Source: Candidatus Thorarchaeota archaeon
Lineage (GTDB): Archaea; Asgardarchaeota; Thorarchaeia; Thorarchaeales; Thorarchaeaceae
NCBI GenBank assembly: GCA_016840855.1
Contig: JAEORO010000076.1
Span: 1-38,879, forward strand
Direction of reading: 5' to 3'
Length of the DNA: 38,879 nt
Position numbers and translations under genes: made by a program. Shown one piece after another: positions 9,225 through 18,717 of the stretch. The notes under the pieces are model-generated. The model did no database searches. It was not told the origin of the DNA and saw nothing but the letters and a program-made list of their open reading frames with translations. Within the stretch, counting starts at the first letter, position 1. The number at the start of each line of letters is the position of its first letter.

Positions 9225-9249
9225 TCAACTCACCCGCGAAATTTTTTGG

Positions 9250-9864
9250 TCAACGCTTTGGTGAACGGTCTCTACTCTCTCGTTCATCTTCATCGCGTTT
9301 TGGTGGTCGTACGAATAACCACCTTTTGACATCTTCCTTGAGTTCGTCAATTATTCGAGCGGTGATGACCTTCTTTGGGTTTTGAAGTTTCGTACGTGCT
9401 GCAATGTCGTCGAAGCTCTTGAATGGTTTCAGTTTACGTTCTTCAATGATTGCCCACATGAGGGTTTGACCAATCCCCGGAAGGAGTTGAAGTGAGTGCA
9501 TTCTTGTTGTAATAGGACTTGCTTCATTGAAGAATTGAACAAACCTGCGTTCATGTTTCGTTACAATGATCTCAATCACAAGAGCAAGCTCTGCAACACT
9601 CTCAGGCACAAGATCTTCATAGAATATCCTTCTTTTAACGTGGTCAATCTTACTTGTTGAGTTACGTTGAATAGAAACCCGCTCCTGAGGGTGTACCTTT
9701 ATTCCCTTCTGAGGAATCATCTCCAATAGCGTAAAATGAGACTCTCCTATCCCCTGAACTATTGTATCTCCCCGGGGGCGTGAATCCCTAAGGAACTCCT
9801 TTGGAGGGATAACTGACAGGACATATGCATGCGTCTCAAACATCCTGTTTTCTTGTCCTTCCAT
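9250..9864 (-). CDS. DUF655 putative RNA-binding protein (HhH)
   Basis: QGIGESHFTLLE, FVQFFNEASPITTRMHSLQLLPGIG; conserved position between rpoF and rsmA. Confidence 0.92.
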   Translation of the reverse strand: MEGQENRMFETHAYVLSVIPPKEFLRDSRPRGDTIVQGIGESHFTLLEMIPQKGIKVHPQERVSIQRNSTSKIDHVKRRIFYEDLVPESVAELALVIEIIVTKHERRFVQFFNEASPITTRMHSLQLLPGIGQTLMWAIIEERKLKPFKSFDDIAARTKLQNPKKVITARIIDELKEDVKRWLFVRPPKRDEDERESRDRSPKR

Positions 9865-9986
9865 ATTTTCACGCTCCTCTCGCTTTCAGGGCTCATTGGA
9901 TTAGTCTTGGTTCTGATTGGATAAAAACAATTCGGACTCAGAAAGGCCATGCGCCTTTATACATGAAACTTGCAGATTTAGACCAA

Positions 9987-10322
9987 CTATGACCTGTTCT
10001 TCTCAACAAGGTCTACGATCTCAAGCATCTGTTCATCTGTGAGACTCGAAGACTTGGTATCCAAAATACTCCGGAGCTCTTCCACTGTGGTTGGGGCAAT
10101 ATTCACAATCTGCACAGCTTGTGCCCGATTGAGTTCATAGCTCTTGATCAATCTTTCCAAAAGCTTGGTTGCCACTGCAGGAGCCATCCTTGAAAAAGTA
10201 CTGGCATGTTCAAGTGTGATAGACTGTTGAAATGACAGCTCTCCTTCCTTTGCCCTTTGGGCAAGAAGTTTCTTGACTTGCGGGAGGGTAACTTCCTCCT
10301 CACTAATAATCTCCTTTGGCAT
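9987..10322 (-). CDS. rpoF: RNA polymerase subunit Rpo4 (F)
   Basis: ELSFQQSITLEHASTF, AVQIVNIAPTTVEELRSI; follows rpl21e; ATG at 10322. Confidence 0.9.
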   Translation of the reverse strand: MPKEIISEEEVTLPQVKKLLAQRAKEGELSFQQSITLEHASTFSRMAPAVATKLLERLIKSYELNRAQAVQIVNIAPTTVEELRSILDTKSSSLTDEQMLEIVDLVEKNRS

Positions 10323-10330
10323 TTTCCAAT

Positions 10331-10627
10331 TCAACCTCTGCTAGGTTGGAGATGCTCGCGTCTGACTATGAGTGTCCTTGTGGCTTTGCCAATCCCCACA
10401 TCGACAACGACTGCTCGCCCTCTCAAGCCTGTGACTACACCAGTTCTTCCGTGATACCTTTTATGTGGCATTCCTTTATGGAAACCGGAATCAATCACTA
10501 CATCTACACGCTGACCAACCTCATAGTCGACTAATACCTTGCTAGGTGAGCTAAGCCCTTTTTGCCGTATTCTTTTGCTCATCAAGCCACGGGTCCGTGA
10601 TCTGTAGCCATGACTATTCTTTACCAT
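10331..10627 (-). CDS. rpl21e: 50S ribosomal protein L21e
   Basis: SHGYRSRTR, KGMPHKRYHGRTG, REHL. Confidence 0.97.
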   Translation of the reverse strand: MVKNSHGYRSRTRGLMSKRIRQKGLSSPSKVLVDYEVGQRVDVVIDSGFHKGMPHKRYHGRTGVVTGLRGRAVVVDVGIGKATRTLIVRREHLQPSRG

Positions 10628-10654
10628 AAGGCATCACTTGTCTTGTTTTTGTAT

Positions 10655-10729
10655 CTCGGACTGCATTGATTTAGTCAGATTTGCACCCGAGTTCCAGCAT
10701 GACCTCTTGGGTCGCCACTTAAGGATTTC
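10655..10729 (-). promoter_or_regulatory. BRE/TATA-like GAAATCCTTAAGT (10729-10717) and leader hairpin (10691-10655) of the rpl21e operon
   Basis: CTCGG/CCGAG and TGCA/TGCA stems beginning ~26 nt after the TATA-like box. Confidence 0.5.
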
Positions 10730-10773
10730 GCAACAGCTATAGTAGATTTGTTTTTTGTATGTGTTGTTTATTC

Positions 10774-12132
10774 TTAACCACTATAGACCGCTGTCACATC
10801 AAGCTTCTTGCAGACACATGCAATTCCGAGTTTACTGGCAATTGACGGGTCTGTCCGACCGTCATCTCCAGAGATTAGCTCTTTCACATACGTGCCTCCT
10901 TGTACTTTGAAGAAAGCCTCGATGTTATGATCTTTCAGCTTCTTTAAGCGGACTTCATGAATCAACTTCTTTCTTACTAAATCACTCCTGCGGTGGGAAA
11001 CACGGGTTGGAGTACGCTGCTCAATCTCACTTCCAGATAATTCCATTTCCACTCTTCTAAGTTCTGATTTTTCTACGGGACTTTCGGTCTTTATAATCGC
11101 CAAATATTCCTTGATGTTCGTAGACGCGTCCTCTTTCAGTTTCTGAGACTGTTCTCTATTAGTTATCTTTAGATCTTTGACCTTGATGCGTTTCCTAGAT
11201 TCCTTATTTATGGTCCTCATCAATGATTTCAAATCAGGAGCTCTGATTCTTGGTTCTGAAACCTCTACAACAAAGGGTCTACCTTCTCCCAACATAAGAA
11301 CATCGATGTCTTCTCTTCCAGCAGCATGAAACTTGAACTTAGATCCTTTCAATAATCTCTGTGCTACATTTCCTATGTACTCCGCGATAGAGTCAGGATA
11401 GAGTCTTCCTGTTCCATCACATTGTTTACACCCCTTACCTCTACACGCCTTACAATCCCATCTACTCTGCGGAATACCTCGGACCAGTTTTTGATATCTG
11501 CCGAAAATGAAAACTGGATTTATCTGCAATCGAACTTTGTCATCTACCATGTCGTAAATGAATACTAAATGTGGTCGCTCGAACTCTACTTCCTTATTTA
11601 GAATTTCATGAAGATATTTTCCAAGTTCCCGACTGAAGTCAGATTTGAGTGCCTCAGCATGAAGAAGTGAATACTTGGCTCTCAGCTCATCCTGTTTCTC
11701 ATCCAGCTGAGGATTTGGTATAGTCCCGACAAGAAAACTATCAAATTCAATACCCTTGACTAAAGCAGCAGCTCTTCGCGATATCTCACTAATGCTATCG
11801 AAGACGGACCTTCTTCCATCATAACAGAGATGACACTCGCCACCCTTGTCATATTCAATCATATTCTTCTCTGCAATAGCTTGTGCAGGTGCAAAGAGAC
11901 CATGACCTGCTAATAGAACAAGAACTTTTTGACCATATTCCTGATTTCCTGATTTTAACTCATCATCAGCCATCATTGAAAGAGTGAGTTTTAGCGAGTG
12001 TCCTCTTTCGCTATTTGTTGTGCCAGTACTCAACCATGCAAACTGTCGACCTAGACACCTATCACAGATTGTGTATTGCTCCAGCATGTTGAGTGCAATA
12101 TCCAATACTCTGTTTTGGATAGGCGTTGACAT
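10774..12132 (-). CDS. pus10: tRNA pseudouridine(54/55) synthase Pus10
   Basis: CDRCLGRQF, GRYQKLVRGIPQSRW, HAAGREDIDVLMLGEGRPF, GGTYVKELISGDDGRT. Confidence 0.96.
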   Translation of the reverse strand: MSTPIQNRVLDIALNMLEQYTICDRCLGRQFAWLSTGTTNSERGHSLKLTLSMMADDELKSGNQEYGQKVLVLLAGHGLFAPAQAIAEKNMIEYDKGGECHLCYDGRRSVFDSISEISRRAAALVKGIEFDSFLVGTIPNPQLDEKQDELRAKYSLLHAEALKSDFSRELGKYLHEILNKEVEFERPHLVFIYDMVDDKVRLQINPVFIFGRYQKLVRGIPQSRWDCKACRGKGCKQCDGTGRLYPDSIAEYIGNVAQRLLKGSKFKFHAAGREDIDVLMLGEGRPFVVEVSEPRIRAPDLKSLMRTINKESRKRIKVKDLKITNREQSQKLKEDASTNIKEYLAIIKTESPVEKSELRRVEMELSGSEIEQRTPTRVSHRRSDLVRKKLIHEVRLKKLKDHNIEAFFKVQGGTYVKELISGDDGRTDPSIASKLGIACVCKKLDVTAVYSG

Positions 12133-12176
12133 ATGTCCTGACCTCCTCCTGTCTTTGATTGCCTCGGTTCATAAAG

Positions 12177-13370
12177 CTAGAGGAATGGGTTGATGTATCT
12201 TACAGCCTTTAAACCAAGCAGAAAAGTTCGTGGATTTGAAACGAGTTTTCGAATTACTTTTGCCTGAAGATCCATATCTCCTTCCCTTCGTACAATATCG
12301 AGAAGTCCCATCTTTTGAGCATCCTGAACGACAGAATCAAGTCCTTTGTTTGTTAGTGATGCGATTGCCTTCTGAGCAAAATACATGGTTTGTAGTTCTC
12401 GATAGTACATTGCCCTGAATTGTTTATCATATCTTGAGAGTTGTCCTCGTGATACATCCTCCTTTTGAAGCGCTTCTATGATTGACTCTCCTGCTAATGT
12501 GGCAGTCAACCCTCCGATAATCACTCCGCCCCCTGTTGTTGCTTTTACCATTCCTGCTGTATCTCCAACAATTACTATACCCTCAACTGATAATCTGGAC
12601 AAGGGTTTTCCAACCAATACAACTCCTCCCAATCGTCGAACAATTTTTGCGTTTCTTAACCGCTCACTAATAATTGGGTGATGACGCAGAGCAGAATCAA
12701 GTCTTGCCTTTGTCTTATTCATTGATGCCAAACCAACCCTTGCTCTTCTTTCACCAATTGGAATAATCCAAGAGAAGAATCCTGGCGCGAGCTGGCGACC
12801 ATAAAACATCTCCACCAGGTCGGTGTCAATTTTGACATCCTTGAGTTCATACTGATAAGCTGGGAGCTTGCTATATTTCGACACAATAGAAAATCCTGCA
12901 CTTTTCGCTAAAACCGATCGAGCGCCTTCTGCAATTATGACTACTCTGGCCTCATAGTCTTGGATAGATGTTATGACAGACTTCATTCCTAATTTAGAGC
13001 GAGTGATTTCCTTCACTTTGCTGCTAGTAATTATCTTGACACCTTTCTCTGAAGCTCTATCTGCAAGCCAAGAATCGAATCTTCGCCGATCGATGACGTA
13101 AGCCTCACGGCGCCCTCTTTCAATGAAAATAGAATGACCTGATGGAGAATTAATACGTGCACCAGAAACAGTGTTCTGAACGACATCATCTGGAGGTTTA
13201 AGATGTAGTGCACCTAGTCCTGATGAGCTCAATAAACCTGCGCAATGATCAGGCTCTCCCACCTTCTCGTGTTCTTCTGATACCAGTACATTGTATCCAG
13301 CTTCGGCTATCTTTGTGGCTGCTAGGAGGCCCGCAGGTCCTGCACCAACAATGATAGCGTCATATCTCAT
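12177..13370 (-). CDS. Geranylgeranyl reductase family FAD oxidoreductase
   Basis: GAGPAG, HCAGL, IDRRRFD, PGFFSWIIP, VGDTAGMVKATTGGG. Confidence 0.88.
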   Translation of the reverse strand: MRYDAIIVGAGPAGLLAATKIAEAGYNVLVSEEHEKVGEPDHCAGLLSSSGLGALHLKPPDDVVQNTVSGARINSPSGHSIFIERGRREAYVIDRRRFDSWLADRASEKGVKIITSSKVKEITRSKLGMKSVITSIQDYEARVVIIAEGARSVLAKSAGFSIVSKYSKLPAYQYELKDVKIDTDLVEMFYGRQLAPGFFSWIIPIGERRARVGLASMNKTKARLDSALRHHPIISERLRNAKIVRRLGGVVLVGKPLSRLSVEGIVIVGDTAGMVKATTGGGVIIGGLTATLAGESIIEALQKEDVSRGQLSRYDKQFRAMYYRELQTMYFAQKAIASLTNKGLDSVVQDAQKMGLLDIVRREGDMDLQAKVIRKLVSNPRTFLLGLKAVRYINPFL

Positions 13371-13452
13371 GGATTGTCCCTAATTAGAGGAGCTTTGGGC
13401 ACGTTTTTAACTCTCCCATTGGATGAACCACTTAGTCTAAGTCATCTGGGAG

Positions 13453-13830
13453 ATGCATCCTTTGGCAGAAAGATCTTTCAAGTACAAACAAGTGATTGCT
13501 GTACGCACGGATCTTGGTATGAGCAGAGGTAAAATTGCAGTTCAAGTCGCTCATGGTTCAGTGTCCTCTGCAGAACAGGTACGTGTCCACCAACAAGATG
13601 TCTGGAAGGCATGGCTAAGAGAAGGACAGAAGAAGGTTGCAGTCAAAGTTGACTCTGTGGAAGAGCTTCTAGAACTAAGACGCCAAGCAATAAGTCATAG
13701 TCTAAATCATGCTCTAATCCGAGATGCTGGAATGACGGAACTTCCCCCGGGCACAATCACTGTTCTTGGTATAGGTCCTGCTAAAGCAGAGCTTATTGAT
13801 GAGGTGACTGGTGGACTTAAGCTGCTATAG
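13453..13830 (+). CDS. pth2: Peptidyl-tRNA hydrolase Pth2
   Basis: RTDLGMSRGKIAVQVAH, GQKKV, DAGMTELPPGT, LKLL. Confidence 0.96.
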   Translation: MHPLAERSFKYKQVIAVRTDLGMSRGKIAVQVAHGSVSSAEQVRVHQQDVWKAWLREGQKKVAVKVDSVEELLELRRQAISHSLNHALIRDAGMTELPPGTITVLGIGPAKAELIDEVTGGLKLL

Positions 13831-13840
13831 AGTGAGTATT

Positions 13841-15181
13841 ATGATTGATGCCCATCCTCTTGAAAAAACATTGGGGATGGAACGCTATTCAACTGATTTT
13901 CCGGGATTAGGAGGAAAACTGAAGACACAGTTCGAGGATTTTATCGTAGAAGAGATTTCTCCTGATCGAACAACTCTCAATATACAAAAATGGTCTGAAT
14001 TGAAAGACGTGCCGTCTAAACCCAAAGCGAAGTCTGATAGATTCGCTACATTCACGCTTCAGAAAATGGGTCTATCAACTATGGATGTTACGAACATCTT
14101 GGCGGCTTCTCTCCAACTTTCTAGAAATCATGTAACATATGCAGGGCTTAAGGACAAGCGTGCAATCACTGTTCAATCTATGAGTATTCCTGCCAAAGCT
14201 GTAGAGCATATCATCTCCTTGGAACTCAGTCGAATTAACATTCGAGATTTTCGTTTCACAAGACGACCAGTACAAATTGGTGACCTGTGGGGCAACAGGT
14301 TTACAATTCTCCTCAGAGATATTATTTCAGATTGTGATACTGCTCTTTTAGTATCGAATCAACTTCGGGAAAAGCCCTTATTGAATTACTTCGGAGTGCA
14401 AAGGTTTGGTCTTCCACGTCCCAACACGCATCTCGTTGGAAAGGCGTTAATCAAACGAGATTTTGAAACTGCAGTTCGCATCATGCTTTTGACGACTAGT
14501 GAATATGAATCCGAAGAACTGACTGGCATCCGATTAGAATTGTCGGAAGACCTTGTTCCCACTGAGAAGATGATTGAATCCCTTCCAGATGACATGGGCT
14601 ATGAGAAGACTTTGATGAAGGAGCTCATGAAGAATCCTGATGATTTTCATCGAGCTGTTTCAAAGATGCCTCCTAGGGTGTTAACTCTACAAGTGCATGC
14701 ATTCCAATCTTACCTTTTCAACCGTCTTCTAAGTGAACATGCTAGATCTGGAATGTCTATATCTACTCCTGAGGTTGGAGATTTTCTTATCAAACTTGAT
14801 GAAACACATTCAGGTCGTGACTCGTGGCTTTATGTTACAGAAGCAACAATTGATGAAAGACAACGTCAGGTGGAATCAAGAGAATATGGACTTGCGTTGC
14901 CAATTCCTGGGTATTCAACTAGAGTACCATCTTCAATACAATCTGATCAACTCAAACAAATATTGAAAGATGAGAACATCCAGTTTTCAGACTTTAGAAA
15001 TGCTGGGATGAAATCGTTAGACTCACCCGGGGGGCTACACCTTGCGTCTATAAGATTGCCAGATTTAGAAACCTCCTGTTCCAATGAGGGACTATTAGTG
15101 CAATTCTCCCTGAGGAAAGGTTCCTACGCAACAGTGGTGATGCGGGAGATAATGAAGAATCATCCAATCAATCGAGTCTAA
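13841..15181 (+). CDS. truD: tRNA pseudouridine(13) synthase TruD
   Basis: EDFIVEE, AGLKDKRAIT, GNRFTI, NYFGVQRFG, AFQSYLFN, KGSYATVVMRE; ATG at 13841. Confidence 0.96.
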   Translation: MIDAHPLEKTLGMERYSTDFPGLGGKLKTQFEDFIVEEISPDRTTLNIQKWSELKDVPSKPKAKSDRFATFTLQKMGLSTMDVTNILAASLQLSRNHVTYAGLKDKRAITVQSMSIPAKAVEHIISLELSRINIRDFRFTRRPVQIGDLWGNRFTILLRDIISDCDTALLVSNQLREKPLLNYFGVQRFGLPRPNTHLVGKALIKRDFETAVRIMLLTTSEYESEELTGIRLELSEDLVPTEKMIESLPDDMGYEKTLMKELMKNPDDFHRAVSKMPPRVLTLQVHAFQSYLFNRLLSEHARSGMSISTPEVGDFLIKLDETHSGRDSWLYVTEATIDERQRQVESREYGLALPIPGYSTRVPSSIQSDQLKQILKDENIQFSDFRNAGMKSLDSPGGLHLASIRLPDLETSCSNEGLLVQFSLRKGSYATVVMREIMKNHPINRV

Positions 15182-15182
15182 A

Positions 15183-15776
15183 TCATCGCGCTTTAGACCT
15201 TCGATGACTCATTTCCTCCATCCGTTGGTCGAACTCATCAGGAACTTCATCGTCTTTCTCTTGCTTAAATCTGTCCTTCTGAAATTCAAACAGAACAGAC
15301 TCATTCATGATGGCTGAAACTATAGATCTGAGATCATCCATTGAATATTTGATTCTATCCCGGTCTTCTTGACGAAGCATCACAATGTTCTCTTTTGATC
15401 CATCTGGGAGATATAAGCTATTTACTCCTACTTCGATTGCTGGAGCAATATATTCACGAATTACACGCCTTAGTTTGGCTGGTCCTTCAAAGATCATGAC
15501 TTCTCCAAATCTATCTGCGAGTTCATTGATGAGGGTTTGTTCACCAAGAAGAAGATCTTTACCATTTTTCTTCACAACGAGAATTAAGCGTCCTTCTATT
15601 CGAGTCGCTCGTTGAAGAGTGAGATTCTCTAAACTGGGGTGTTCTTTCTCTCGTTCCAACAGCCATTTACTAAACTCAATATCAAAAGCTGTGATTTCTC
15701 CGCGGTCAAGCTTTGCCTGACAACTTGTACACAACATATCCGATTCAAGATCGAAGTTACATACAGGTAGTCGCAT
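15183..15776 (-). CDS. Archaeal NusA-like/KH protein with N-terminal zinc-binding motif
   Basis: MRLPVCxxD...LCTSCQAKLDRGEI, GVNSLYLPDG; this family is typically adjacent to alba. Confidence 0.7.
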   Translation of the reverse strand: MRLPVCNFDLESDMLCTSCQAKLDRGEITAFDIEFSKWLLEREKEHPSLENLTLQRATRIEGRLILVVKKNGKDLLLGEQTLINELADRFGEVMIFEGPAKLRRVIREYIAPAIEVGVNSLYLPDGSKENIVMLRQEDRDRIKYSMDDLRSIVSAIMNESVLFEFQKDRFKQEKDDEVPDEFDQRMEEMSHRRSKAR

Positions 15777-15847
15777 CTGTTAATCCTCGCCAATCTCGAA
15801 GGCTCAGTAAAGACTGGGCTTCAGGCGAGAATCATAAGCTCATATAA

Positions 15848-16186
15848 CTACCTTGTCAACGTGATGTCGATAGTCGATACGTTGAGGTCGCTACCTTTGT
15901 CCGTCTGGACAGTGGTAGTACCGATTTCTATGCTCTTCACCGTGAGGTCGGATATAAACCTGTGACGAGTAATTTCAGCGACATCCACAGCTCGACTTAT
16001 CAGCCGACCTCTCGCTTTAATGACAACTTCTTCTGCGCCTTTGTTAAACAAGGTCACACAAGCTAGAACATATGACATTACATTCTTGTTGCCAACTAGG
16101 ATGCATTCCATGCTGTCGTTATCCTGCAGCTTTTCCGCACCAGCTTTTTTGCTGCTGGACTTCTTGCCAGTGTTTTCCTCCGTCAC
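15848..16186 (-). CDS. albA: DNA/RNA-binding protein Alba
   Basis: [37 protein letters not shown]. Confidence 0.96.
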   Translation of the reverse strand: MTEENTGKKSSSKKAGAEKLQDNDSMECILVGNKNVMSYVLACVTLFNKGAEEVVIKARGRLISRAVDVAEITRHRFISDLTVKSIEIGTTTVQTDKGSDLNVSTIDITLTR

Positions 16187-16373
16187 CCGAAGTCTCTCCG
16201 CCTACTACTGTGGCCATTCGTAGGACAGAATAGGTCCTTAACTGATATAGATTTCGTTTTTAGCTTAAATCGAATTAATTAGCAATTTGCATGATTTATT
16301 AAAAGGAAAAAAAGCACGATGCCAAACCTTTTTCTTTACTTTCTGTTGGCTCGACTGAAGGATGTAACCATAT

Positions 16374-17639
16374 ATGTCGCAACTCACATTTCTTGGCTCT
16401 TGTCGCGAGATTGGTCGCTCAGGTTTCTTCGTTGAGGAAGGCAACGAAAGCGTACTAGTCGACTATGGCGTCAAGTTCACAGAACCTCCTTCGTTTCCAG
16501 ACCTTGTTCCTACAGATGATTTGCAAGCAGTTGCTTTGACCCATGCACATTTGGATCATTCCGGAGGGATTCCTCGAGTACTTGCACAGAGCGAAGCATC
16601 ATTATTCTGCACACCTGCAACTCGTGACTTGAGCACTTTACTTCTCCGTGACATGAACAATATTTCAAGAGGTCCCTTGCCATATTCACGCAAAGATATT
16701 GCTTTAGTTAAACGGCAATGCCAAGCAACAGCCTATGAGGAAACTGTTCCCTTAGGACACCACTTCGAGATGACTCTATTCAATGCTGGACATATCCCCG
16801 GAAGCTCTATGGTTTCTATCAGATTAAATGGGAAAAGGATTCTATTCACAGGCGACTTTAATGCAACAGAGTCCCAACTTAACCCTGGGGCAAGAAAGAA
16901 TCTCCCGAAACATGATATTGTTGTGACTGAGAGCACTTATGCCCGGAGAACTAATCCGAATCGTGAAGAGATTGAACTAGCTCTCATGGATTCAGTGGTT
17001 GAAACACTGGAGCGAGGCGGGACTGTTTTAATCCCAGCATTTGCTGTGGGTCGAAGTCAGGAGATAATGTGTATTCTAGAGCGACACGGTCTACCTTACA
17101 AATATCCCATCTACCTAGATGGACTGGCTCGAGCTGTGAACGATGTTCTTGTGAAACACCCCGAATATCTTCAAAGTCCACAAGCATTCCAACGTGCAGT
17201 TGGACGTACTCATATCATTAATGACAACCGCGACCGCGCAAATGCAGTCAAAAAGGGCGGAGTAATTATTTCTCCAGCTGGTATGCTTAAAGGCGGTGCA
17301 TCGCACCTCTACTTTAAGATGGTTCATGATAATCCCAAGAACTCAATTATTCTTGTGAGTTTTCAGATTCCTGGTACACCTGGAGAAGAACTACTAGCAA
17401 GGCGGAAGGTCCTTGTTAATGGACGTGTGTTCGAAGTGAGAGCTGATGTACGTCAACATCATCTGTCATCGCATTCAGACTCAAGAGGTATGTTAGACAT
17501 GCTTTTGAAAATACCCGGCGAGCCTAAATTTTACATTGTCCATGGAGAATCAGAGTCTTGCGACGCGCTTGCTGAAAGATTGGAAAAAAGAAAGCTCGTG
17601 GCGCATGTTCCAGAAATAAATGAATCTGTCGAGATTTAA
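16374..17639 (+). CDS. Beta-CASP MBL-fold ribonuclease (aCPSF2-like)
   Basis: EIGRS, THAHLDHSG, AGHIPGS, ESTY, PAFAVGRSQE, SSHSD, VHGE; no KH domains. Confidence 0.93.
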   Translation: MSQLTFLGSCREIGRSGFFVEEGNESVLVDYGVKFTEPPSFPDLVPTDDLQAVALTHAHLDHSGGIPRVLAQSEASLFCTPATRDLSTLLLRDMNNISRGPLPYSRKDIALVKRQCQATAYEETVPLGHHFEMTLFNAGHIPGSSMVSIRLNGKRILFTGDFNATESQLNPGARKNLPKHDIVVTESTYARRTNPNREEIELALMDSVVETLERGGTVLIPAFAVGRSQEIMCILERHGLPYKYPIYLDGLARAVNDVLVKHPEYLQSPQAFQRAVGRTHIINDNRDRANAVKKGGVIISPAGMLKGGASHLYFKMVHDNPKNSIILVSFQIPGTPGEELLARRKVLVNGRVFEVRADVRQHHLSSHSDSRGMLDMLLKIPGEPKFYIVHGESESCDALAERLEKRKLVAHVPEINESVEI

Positions 17640-17851
17640 TCCTCACCAGCACCAGATCGTGCCTCGACCACTTGACACTTGACTTGTTGGAGAATCTCTT
17701 CTGCTTTTTGAGGCTCAACAATGAGTGTATAGAGGTATCCCCGAGTTCTGAGTTTGAGCTTGACTTGATCTTTACCTCTCTTGACACGACATTCCGTAGC
17801 GTCTTCGCTCATCTCAAGGAACTTATCGACATCATAGATTTGTTTTGGCAT
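17636..17851 (-). CDS. rpl38e: 50S ribosomal protein L38e
   Basis: MPKQIYDVDKFL, VKLKLRTRGYLYTL, KAEEI match the eL38 pattern. Confidence 0.9.
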   Translation of the reverse strand: MPKQIYDVDKFLEMSEDATECRVKRGKDQVKLKLRTRGYLYTLIVEPQKAEEILQQVKCQVVEARSGAGED

Positions 17852-17880
17852 TGTTAAGCACCATACTATTATTCTAATCT

Positions 17881-17959
17881 GGTGAAGCGGAATTGATTTG
17901 AAGAGAGATCAAGTCGGTCCGTCCACCTGTTGTTCGCACGGCTAATGTTTGTGTTATAA
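17881..17959 (-). promoter_or_regulatory. TATA-like TTATAA (17954-17959) and long leader hairpin (17927-17881) of rpl38e
   Basis: GGTGGA-CGGA...TTGA / TCAA...TCCG-TTCACC inverted repeat. Confidence 0.5.
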
Positions 17960-17984
17960 CTCTAACGCTATGATAGGTGAGCAC

Positions 17985-18116
17985 TGGTGGGCCGGGAGAG
18001 ATTCGAACTCTCGATTTCCGCCGGTTTCCGCCAGGATTCAATCAGAAGAAATCTTCTGAACTCAAGTGAATTCTTGCTTGTGAAGGCGGCATCATAACCA
18101 ACTAGATCACCGGCCC
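17985..18116 (-). tRNA. tRNA-Val(CAC) with a 55-nt intron at 37/38 and encoded CCA
   Basis: Acceptor GGGCCGG/CCGGCCC-ACCA, anticodon stem CCGCC/GGCGG, loop TT-CAC-A|C, T-arm GAGAG-TTCGAAT-CTCTC. Exons 18116-18079 and 18023-17985, intron 18078-18024. TATA-like CTTAAATA at 18152-18145. Confidence 0.93.
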
Positions 18117-18267
18117 ATTCTGAAACCGCTTTGGATTTCAATTGTATTTAAGAGTGCTGGAGTTATAACATCATTCCAAATCCTATCTAGTCAATAAGAT
18201 GTCAAAAAAGAAGGTTCAAAGGATAAAGAAAAAAAAATTGAAACTTCTTGAATTAGGGTGAAAAATC

Positions 18268-18717
18268 ATGGTTCTTGGAAAGATTTGTGCGTTCATTGTA
18301 ACCAAAGCAGAGAATTATCGGAAAATGAAGAAAGAAGATGGATTTTCAAGTGTTAGCATTGGAAAAGACTGTGTAATAAGAGGGAATGTCGAAATTGGAG
18401 CTGGGACAAACATCAATTTTGCGTATATAATAGCAGGTCCAAATTCCAAAGTCAAAATTGGTCAAAATTGTCAAATCTCCTACAATGTCCACATTAGAGC
18501 GCACTCAAAAAAGGTCAATGATCTTCACTCCTATACGGATGAGGATATTGTTATTGGCGATAATGTGTGGATTGGTGTCAATGTCTTCATTAAACCGGGT
18601 ATCACTATTGGTGATAATGCTGTAATCGGAGCAAACACTGTTGTAACAAAAGATATTCCAGAGAGAACCTTAGCTATTGGTGGTGAAATGAGATTAATTC
18701 CTATCACTAATGAATGA
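18268..18717 (+). CDS. Hexapeptide-repeat (left-handed beta-helix) acyltransferase, maltose/sugar O-acetyltransferase-like
   Basis: IVIGDNVWIGVNVFIKPGITIGDNAVIGANTVVTKDIP. Confidence 0.88.
   Translation: MVLGKICAFIVTKAENYRKMKKEDGFSSVSIGKDCVIRGNVEIGAGTNINFAYIIAGPNSKVKIGQNCQISYNVHIRAHSKKVNDLHSYTDEDIVIGDNVWIGVNVFIKPGITIGDNAVIGANTVVTKDIPERTLAIGGEMRLIPITNE

Noticed and set aside
9225-9233. GTG-AGT-TGA readthrough at the rsmA N-terminus
   Set aside because: The GTG overlaps the likely SD and no recoding signal is seen; a CTG start is simpler
16374-17639. Second beta-CASP nuclease as a novelty
   Set aside because: Co-occurrence of aCPSF1 and aCPSF2 is ordinary in archaea
17881-17927. SECIS element
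   Set aside because: No AUGA/GA core with an apical AA, and no in-frame-UGA selenoprotein candidate nearby
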